Part shown: positions 34,006 through 38,925 of the stretch, one piece after another
Position numbering within the stretch: position 1 is the stretch's first letter
How the letters are laid out: every line of letters starts with the position of its first letter
IMG/VR virus record: IMGVR_UViG_3300042988_000558
Span: 1-38,925 of that record
DNA length: 38,925 nt
Origin: a virus
Lineage: Duplodnaviria; Caudoviricetes
Reading direction: 5' to 3' (one strand)
Translations under genes and position numbers: made by a program
Notes under the pieces: model-generated
Databases searched by the model: none
Told to the model about the DNA's origin: nothing
Seen by the model: the letters and a program-made list of their open reading frames with translations, nothing else

Positions 34006-34403
34006 GCGGCATCACCTACGTCAACGTGCACGGCGAGAAAATCGAGCCTGGCGAGCTGCCGCGCGCCACCCTAGCGCCGAAGACTCCGGCCCTGAAGCGC
34101 GTGCACGACCCGAAGAGGGTCACGCGGCATTTCGGCTTCGAGGTCGTCGGCGTGTCGGTCGAGCGGCTGAGCATGGCGCGCGCAGAGCATGAAGCCCGCG
34201 CGAAGCATGCCGCCGAGGCCTGCGCCCACATCCTCGCCGCGTTCGACGAGCAGGCCTGGCTGGCCAAGCAGAAGCCCAGGCGCGCGATCCCTAGCGTCTA
34301 TTCCATCCCCGAGGCCGCCGAGCAAGCCGCTGGCATGGTACGTGCGGGGGGGGGGCTGGCTCCGGGTGCAGGTCGTCCAGATCTTGAAGGGCTGACGGCG
34401 TGA
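34002..34403 (+). CDS. Hypothetical protein with a G10 tract near the 3' end
   Basis: 133 aa with GTGA overlaps; G10 at 34346-34355. Confidence 0.6.
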   Translation: MSGITYVNVHGEKIEPGELPRATLAPKTPALKRVHDPKRVTRHFGFEVVGVSVERLSMARAEHEARAKHAAEACAHILAAFDEQAWLAKQKPRRAIPSVYSIPEAAEQAAGMVRAGGGLAPGAGRPDLEGLTA

Positions 34404-36028
34404 ACTTCCTCCTGCGCACCTACCAGCAGCGCGTGCTCGACCAGCTTTACACCTGGTGGACGACGCACCCCGGCGTCGAGGAGGCGCCCATCTGCGTCAT
34501 GCCCACCGGCAGCGGCAAGAGCATCGTCATCGCCGAGCTGGCGCGGCTGTTGTTCGACACCTGGCCCGAAGAGCACCCGCGCACCGTCGTGCTAGTGCCC
34601 AGCAAGGAACTGGCCGAACAGAACGCCGCCAAGCTGGTCGCCATGCTGCCCACGCACATTGGCGTCGGCTACTACAGCGCCAGCCTGGGCCGCAAGGTGC
34701 CCGACGCCGACGTGATCGTCGCCACCATCGGCAGCATCTACCGCGACGCGCACCTGCTGGGCACCGTGCGCTGCGTGGTGATCGACGAGTGCCACCTGGT
34801 CAACCCCAACGGCGCCGACGCCGGGCGCTTCCGCAAGTTCATCGCGCAGCTGTCCAAGCTCTGCGCCTTCCGCGTCGTCGGCTTCACCGCCACGCCGTTC
34901 CGCGGCGACGGCGTGTGGCTGACCGACGGCGAAGATCCGCTGTTCACCGGCATCGCCGCCAACGTGACGGTGCAGGAGCTGCTCGACAGCAACCACCTGG
35001 CGCCGCTGATCCGGCCGATGGACACCATCGAGACGCGGATCGACACCAGCGGCATCAAGACCACGAGCGGCGACTACAACCTGGCCGAGCTGGCCGAGCG
35101 CGTCGACGCCTACCTGCCCGCCGCGGCGGCCGAGGCCGTCGAGCTGGCGGCCGACCGGCGCAAGTGGATCTCCTTCTGCAGCACCGTCGCCAACGCGCAG
35201 CACCTGGTGCAGCTGCTTCGCGGCCACGGCATCGCCGTAGATCTGGTCTGCGGCGAGACGCCGGCGGCCGAGCGCGCCGAAAGCATCGACGCCTTCCGCG
35301 CCGGCCGACTGCGCTGCCTCGTCACCGTGCTGGCGCTGGCCACCGGCTTCGACGTGCCCGACGTCGACTGCATCCTGTGGCTGCGCCCGACTCAGAGCCC
35401 GGTGCTGTACGTCCAGGGCGCCGGCCGTGGCCTGCGCATCGCCGACGGCAAAACCGACTGCCTGTGGCTGGACTTCAGCGACACGACAGAGCGCCTGGGG
35501 CCGGTCGACGCCATCAAGGGCCGCAAGAAGCGCGGCAAGACCGAGAGCACCGAAGCGCCGTGCATCGTGTGCGACAACTGCGGCGCCCGCGTGCGCCCGG
35601 CCAGCACGATCATCTGCCCCGAGTGCGGCCACCAGATGCGCGACCCTGAGGCCGAAGAGCCGCGCAGCGCCAGCAACGCCGCGATCATGGCCAGCCAGGC
35701 GGCGCCGAAGATCGTCGTCTATCCCGTCGACCGCGTCACCTACGCCGTGCACAGCAAGCTCGGCAGCCCCGACAGCCTGCGCGTCGAATACTGGAGCGGC
35801 CTGCGCATCGTGGCGCGCGAGTGGGTCTGCATCGAGCACGGCGGGTTTGCGGGCGAGAAGGCGCGGATGTGGTGTCAGCGCCGCCGACCGATTGGCATTG
35901 TTCCGCGCACCGTTGCCGAGGCGCTGGAGCTGGACTATGACCAGCCCACTGCCATCCGCGTCAACGAGACCGGCAAGTACCACGAGATCTGCGGCTTCCA
36001 TTGGGAACCACTGGAGGTCGCGGCATGA
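34400..36028 (+). CDS. SF2 DExH helicase, RadD/YejH-like, with zinc ribbon
   Basis: LRTYQ, PTGSGKS, DECH, TATP, TGFDVP, QGAGRGLR, CDNC...CPEC. Confidence 0.93.
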   Translation: MNFLLRTYQQRVLDQLYTWWTTHPGVEEAPICVMPTGSGKSIVIAELARLLFDTWPEEHPRTVVLVPSKELAEQNAAKLVAMLPTHIGVGYYSASLGRKVPDADVIVATIGSIYRDAHLLGTVRCVVIDECHLVNPNGADAGRFRKFIAQLSKLCAFRVVGFTATPFRGDGVWLTDGEDPLFTGIAANVTVQELLDSNHLAPLIRPMDTIETRIDTSGIKTTSGDYNLAELAERVDAYLPAAAAEAVELAADRRKWISFCSTVANAQHLVQLLRGHGIAVDLVCGETPAAERAESIDAFRAGRLRCLVTVLALATGFDVPDVDCILWLRPTQSPVLYVQGAGRGLRIADGKTDCLWLDFSDTTERLGPVDAIKGRKKRGKTESTEAPCIVCDNCGARVRPASTIICPECGHQMRDPEAEEPRSASNAAIMASQAAPKIVVYPVDRVTYAVHSKLGSPDSLRVEYWSGLRIVAREWVCIEHGGFAGEKARMWCQRRRPIGIVPRTVAEALELDYDQPTAIRVNETGKYHEICGFHWEPLEVAA

Positions 36029-36228
36029 CGCTGGCCCAACTGCACGCCTACCGCATGGCGCTGCGCGACAAGCTGCGCCAGCTCGACGGCATATCCACCA
36101 CCTGCCACGGCTGCGAGCACTTTGCCAGCGGCAAGGTCTGCGCGAAGTTCGACGCCGTGCCGCCCGATGAGTTTCAACGCACGCCGGACGCCTGCCAGGG
36201 ATGGCAGCACGACGGAATTCCTTTCTGA
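36025..36228 (+). CDS. Small four-Cys protein ending in DGIPF
   Basis: 67 aa; CHGC...C...C; ATGA overlap with the helicase and GGAGG RBS. Confidence 0.75.
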   Translation: MTLAQLHAYRMALRDKLRQLDGISTTCHGCEHFASGKVCAKFDAVPPDEFQRTPDACQGWQHDGIPF

Positions 36229-36243
36229 CCAACCAAGGACACC

Positions 36244-36732
36244 ATGACCACCACCCGCATCTATGCCGTCTCGCTGACGGCCATCACGGACGAACCCGGC
36301 GTTGTCTCGCGCCTGGTGCGCGCCGGCAATGCTTCGCAGGCGCTGCGCCATGTGGCGCGCGACACGCTCACCGTGAAGGTGGCCAGCCAGGACGACCTAG
36401 TGGCCAACCTCAGCGCTGGCGTCAAGGTCGAGACGGCCGGCGATGAAGCTGAGCCGGCGCCGGCGCCGACCGAAGAGAAGTCGCTGCCGCTGTGGCCCAT
36501 GCCTGGCCAGCAGGCCCAGTCGCCAGATGAAGACGGCGATGACGAAGAGGCTGCACCTGCTTCCATCCGGCCGCCCAAGCGTCTGCCCGCGAAGTACCGC
36601 GACGAACTGACCGGCAGCACCTGGTCGGGCCGCGGCCTCATGCCGACCTGGCTGAAGGTGGCGCTGAGCAACGATCCCGGCCGCAAGCTGGACGACTTCC
36701 TGGTCAAGGAAGAAGCGCCGCAGCAGGCCTGA
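36244..36732 (+). CDS. Protein with C-terminal H-NS-type DNA-binding domain
   Basis: PAKYRDELTGSTWSGRGLMPTWL...LDDFLV; N-terminus unrelated to H-NS; acidic linker. Confidence 0.85.
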   Translation: MTTTRIYAVSLTAITDEPGVVSRLVRAGNASQALRHVARDTLTVKVASQDDLVANLSAGVKVETAGDEAEPAPAPTEEKSLPLWPMPGQQAQSPDEDGDDEEAAPASIRPPKRLPAKYRDELTGSTWSGRGLMPTWLKVALSNDPGRKLDDFLVKEEAPQQA

Positions 36733-36735
36733 CCC

Positions 36736-37422
36736 ATGGCCAAGTCCCGCCACATTCTGCCGCCGAAGCGCTGGTGGACTGCCGAGGAAGAGGCGTACAT
36801 GCGCCAGCACTACGCCGACACGCTCACGGTCGACATCGCTCGGCATTTCGACTGCAGCATTAAGCGCGTGCTTGCCAAGGCCCACGCCATGGGCCTGCAC
36901 AAGTCCATCGAGCTGATCGCCGAGACGGCACGCCAGCGCACGCTGCAGCCTGGCCATGGCAGCCGGCGCACGCGCATCCAGCCCGGCCAGGAGCCGTGGA
37001 ACAAGGGCCTGCCCGGCAGCACGGGGCACCACCCCAACACGCGCGCCACGCAGTTCAAGCCCGGCACGATGCCGCACACCTGGAAACCGATCGGCTCGTA
37101 CCGCGTCATCGAAGGCCAGGTGCAAGTCAAGGTCAATGACCTGCCGGGGCCGAGCGCCGTTCGCTGGCATCCGGTCTCGCGCGTGGTGTGGGAAGCCGCA
37201 CACGGGCCGATCCCCGACGGGCACAAGGTGGTCTTCAAGCCGGGCCGGGCCGCCGTCGACCCGGCGCTGATCACGCTGGACGCCATCGAGCTGGTGAGCT
37301 GCGCCGAGCTGATGCGCCGCAACAGCTACCACACCACTTTGCCGCCAGAGCTGGCGCGCGTCGTGCAACTGCGCGGCGTTCTAAGCAGGGTGATCAACCG
37401 CAAGATCAAGGAATCCGCATGA
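36736..37422 (+). CDS. HNH endonuclease-like protein with N-terminal Myb/HTH-like segment
   Basis: WTAEEEAYMRQHY...; PWNKG; TQFKPG; RVVWEAAHGPIPDGHKVVFK...ELMRRN (degenerate HNH_3-like). Confidence 0.75.
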   Translation: MAKSRHILPPKRWWTAEEEAYMRQHYADTLTVDIARHFDCSIKRVLAKAHAMGLHKSIELIAETARQRTLQPGHGSRRTRIQPGQEPWNKGLPGSTGHHPNTRATQFKPGTMPHTWKPIGSYRVIEGQVQVKVNDLPGPSAVRWHPVSRVVWEAAHGPIPDGHKVVFKPGRAAVDPALITLDAIELVSCAELMRRNSYHTTLPPELARVVQLRGVLSRVINRKIKESA

Positions 37423-37682
37423 GCACCAAGACCATCGACGACCTGTACGCCAGCCTTTTCGACACCATCGACCGCGTGAAGGCCGGCACGATGGAGCCCG
37501 AGAAGGCGCGCGTCATCAGCGACTTGAGCCAGGTCATCGTGAACACGGCCAAGGTGCAGGTCGACTATCGCCGCGTGGCCGACCAGGCCGAGGCGCGGTT
37601 CCTGAGCCTGCCGGCCGCCGAGCCGGTGGCGCTGCCCAACGGCATCACTGGCATCCGTCGGCACGTCTTGAAGGACAGCTGA
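37419..37682 (+). CDS. Hypothetical phage protein
   Basis: 87 aa from an ATGA overlap; KARVISDLSQVIVNTAKVQVDY. Confidence 0.7.
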   Translation: MSTKTIDDLYASLFDTIDRVKAGTMEPEKARVISDLSQVIVNTAKVQVDYRRVADQAEARFLSLPAAEPVALPNGITGIRRHVLKDS

Positions 37683-37683
37683 C

Positions 37684-37959
37684 ATGGGATCGTGCACAGA
37701 CCCTATCGGCACTGACATGCCTCGATCTTGGTCTGTCGCGTCTGAATTGCTCGAATGGCACTCCGTAGCCAACGGTCTGCCCAACGCCGACATGACCGTC
37801 TTGATGTGGGTGGAGGACGGGCGCGAGCGCGATTGGGCCAGCGGCTGGTGGGACGGCGAAGCCTGGCGCGCATGCAACTCTGGCGGCGTGGTGGCCGGTA
37901 CGGTGACGCATTGGGCCGATCCTGCGGGGCCGTGCCATCATGACCCCGCCCACTCCTGA
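37684..37959 (+). CDS. DUF551-like hypothetical protein
   Basis: WHSVANGLPNADMTVLMW...VTHWADP pattern; start uncertain. Confidence 0.6.
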   Translation: MGSCTDPIGTDMPRSWSVASELLEWHSVANGLPNADMTVLMWVEDGRERDWASGWWDGEAWRACNSGGVVAGTVTHWADPAGPCHHDPAHS

Positions 37960-38116
37960 CGCCCGCGACGCGGCCCGCCAGCATCTGGTGCGGCTGCTGG
38001 TCGAGCGCATCATGCGCGAGGCCGCCACCATTGCCCAGAGAGAACCCGCCGATGCCACGCGCAGCCCTGTACGCCCGCTACAGCACCGACCAGCAGCGGC
38101 AGACCAGCCTGGCTGA
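37940..38116 (+). CDS. Small ORF overlapping the integrase start
   Basis: 58 aa, MTPPTPDARDAARQHLVRLLVERIMREAA..., translated by hand. Confidence 0.45.
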   Translation: MTPPTPDARDAARQHLVRLLVERIMREAATIAQREPADATRSPVRPLQHRPAAADQPG

Positions 38117-38925
38117 CCAGCTGCGCGCGGCACGGGAACGCGCGGCGCGCGAAGGCTGGCATATCGTGGCCGAGCATGCCGACGACGCCGTCAGCGGCAG
38201 CGTGCCGGTCGCCCTGCGCGCCGGCGGCAAGGCGCTGCTGGCCGACGCCTTGGCCGGTCGCTTCGACGTGCTGCTGGTCGAGGGCCTGGACCGCCTGAGC
38301 CGCGAGATCGGCGAGGCCGAGACGATCACCAAACGGCTGGAGCATCGCGGCATTCGCATCGTCGGCACCGCCGACGGCTACGACAGCCAGGCGCAAGGCA
38401 GAAAGGTCATGCGCATCGCCCGCGGCCTGGTCAATGAGCTATACCTCGACGACCTGCGCGAGAAGACCCACCGCGGCCTGGCCGGCCAGTTCGACCGGGG
38501 CTACCACGTCGGTGGCGTCTGCTACGGCTACCGCAGCCGGCCCAGCGACGACGGCCGGGGCCGCCAGCTCGAGGTCGACCAGGCGCAGGCCGACGTGGTG
38601 CGGCGCATTTTCGCCGACTTCGCCGCCGGCCACAGCGCCCGCGGCATCGCGCACCGGTTGAACACCGAAGGCGTACTCAGCCCGCGCGGCGGCACCTGGG
38701 CCGTGTCGGCGCTGGTGGGCGACACCAAGCGCGGCGCCGGCGTGCTCAACAGCGAGATCTACGCCGGCCGGCTGGTGTGGAACCGCCGCCAGTGGCTGAA
38801 AGACCCTGAGACCGGCGCCCGGCGCTACGTCGACCGGCCGCGCCATGAGTGGCAGGTGCGCGATGCGCCCGAGCTGCGCATCGTCGACGAGGCCACCTGG
38901 CGCGCGGTGCGCGAGCGCCAGCGCA
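38052..38925 (+). CDS. int: Large serine recombinase/integrase, N-terminal resolvase and recombinase domains (continues at position 1)
   Basis: MPRAALYARYSTDQQ catalytic Ser; DDAVSG; FDVLLVEGLDRLSRE; GGVCYGY; RGIAHRLNTEG; missing from the ORF track because it crosses the window end. Confidence 0.95.
   Translation, partial: MPRAALYARYSTDQQRQTSLADQLRAARERAAREGWHIVAEHADDAVSGSVPVALRAGGKALLADALAGRFDVLLVEGLDRLSREIGEAETITKRLEHRGIRIVGTADGYDSQAQGRKVMRIARGLVNELYLDDLREKTHRGLAGQFDRGYHVGGVCYGYRSRPSDDGRGRQLEVDQAQADVVRRIFADFAAGHSARGIAHRLNTEGVLSPRGGTWAVSALVGDTKRGAGVLNSEIYAGRLVWNRRQWLKDPETGARRYVDRPRHEWQVRDAPELRIVDEATWRAVRERQR
38799..38925. repeat. Terminal direct repeat, copy 2
   Basis: Identical to 1-127. 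Confidence 0.97.

Overview
The window is an apparently complete, circular temperate tailed-phage genome of 38,798 bp. Bases 1-127 repeat exactly at 38799-38925, which looks like an assembly overlap, and a large serine integrase reads in frame across the join. High GC and gene content suggest a siphovirus-like phage of a high-GC proteobacterium, probably Burkholderiales (inference). Modules: (1) integrase with a predicted attP inside its own 3' end that matches the 3' end of tRNA-fMet; (2) minus-strand scaffold, capsid and tail operon (856-11240); (3) divergent plus-strand operon with portal, collagen-like protein, lysis genes, accessory fibre/lectin proteins and neck genes (11350-21550); (4) minus-strand operon from cro through primase-polymerase, an iteron-rich origin, RusA, terminase and MuF; (5) a compact immunity switch with four TAGCAA-N4-TTGCTA operators; (6) plus-strand early operon with a DUF6948-like/(Gly-X)32 gene pair, Sak4-like ATPase, DUF669 SSB, Cas4-like nuclease, RadD-like helicase, an H-NS-domain fusion and an HNH protein. 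Most notable observations: an integration-dependent swap of the integrase C-terminus, an endolysin-holin in-frame fusion with an internal RBS, the Gly-X repeat microprotein pair, an SSB-tail-mimic zinc protein beside the helicase, and RusA translated through the origin across a G11 tract. All product calls come from motif recognition by eye; no database searches were run.
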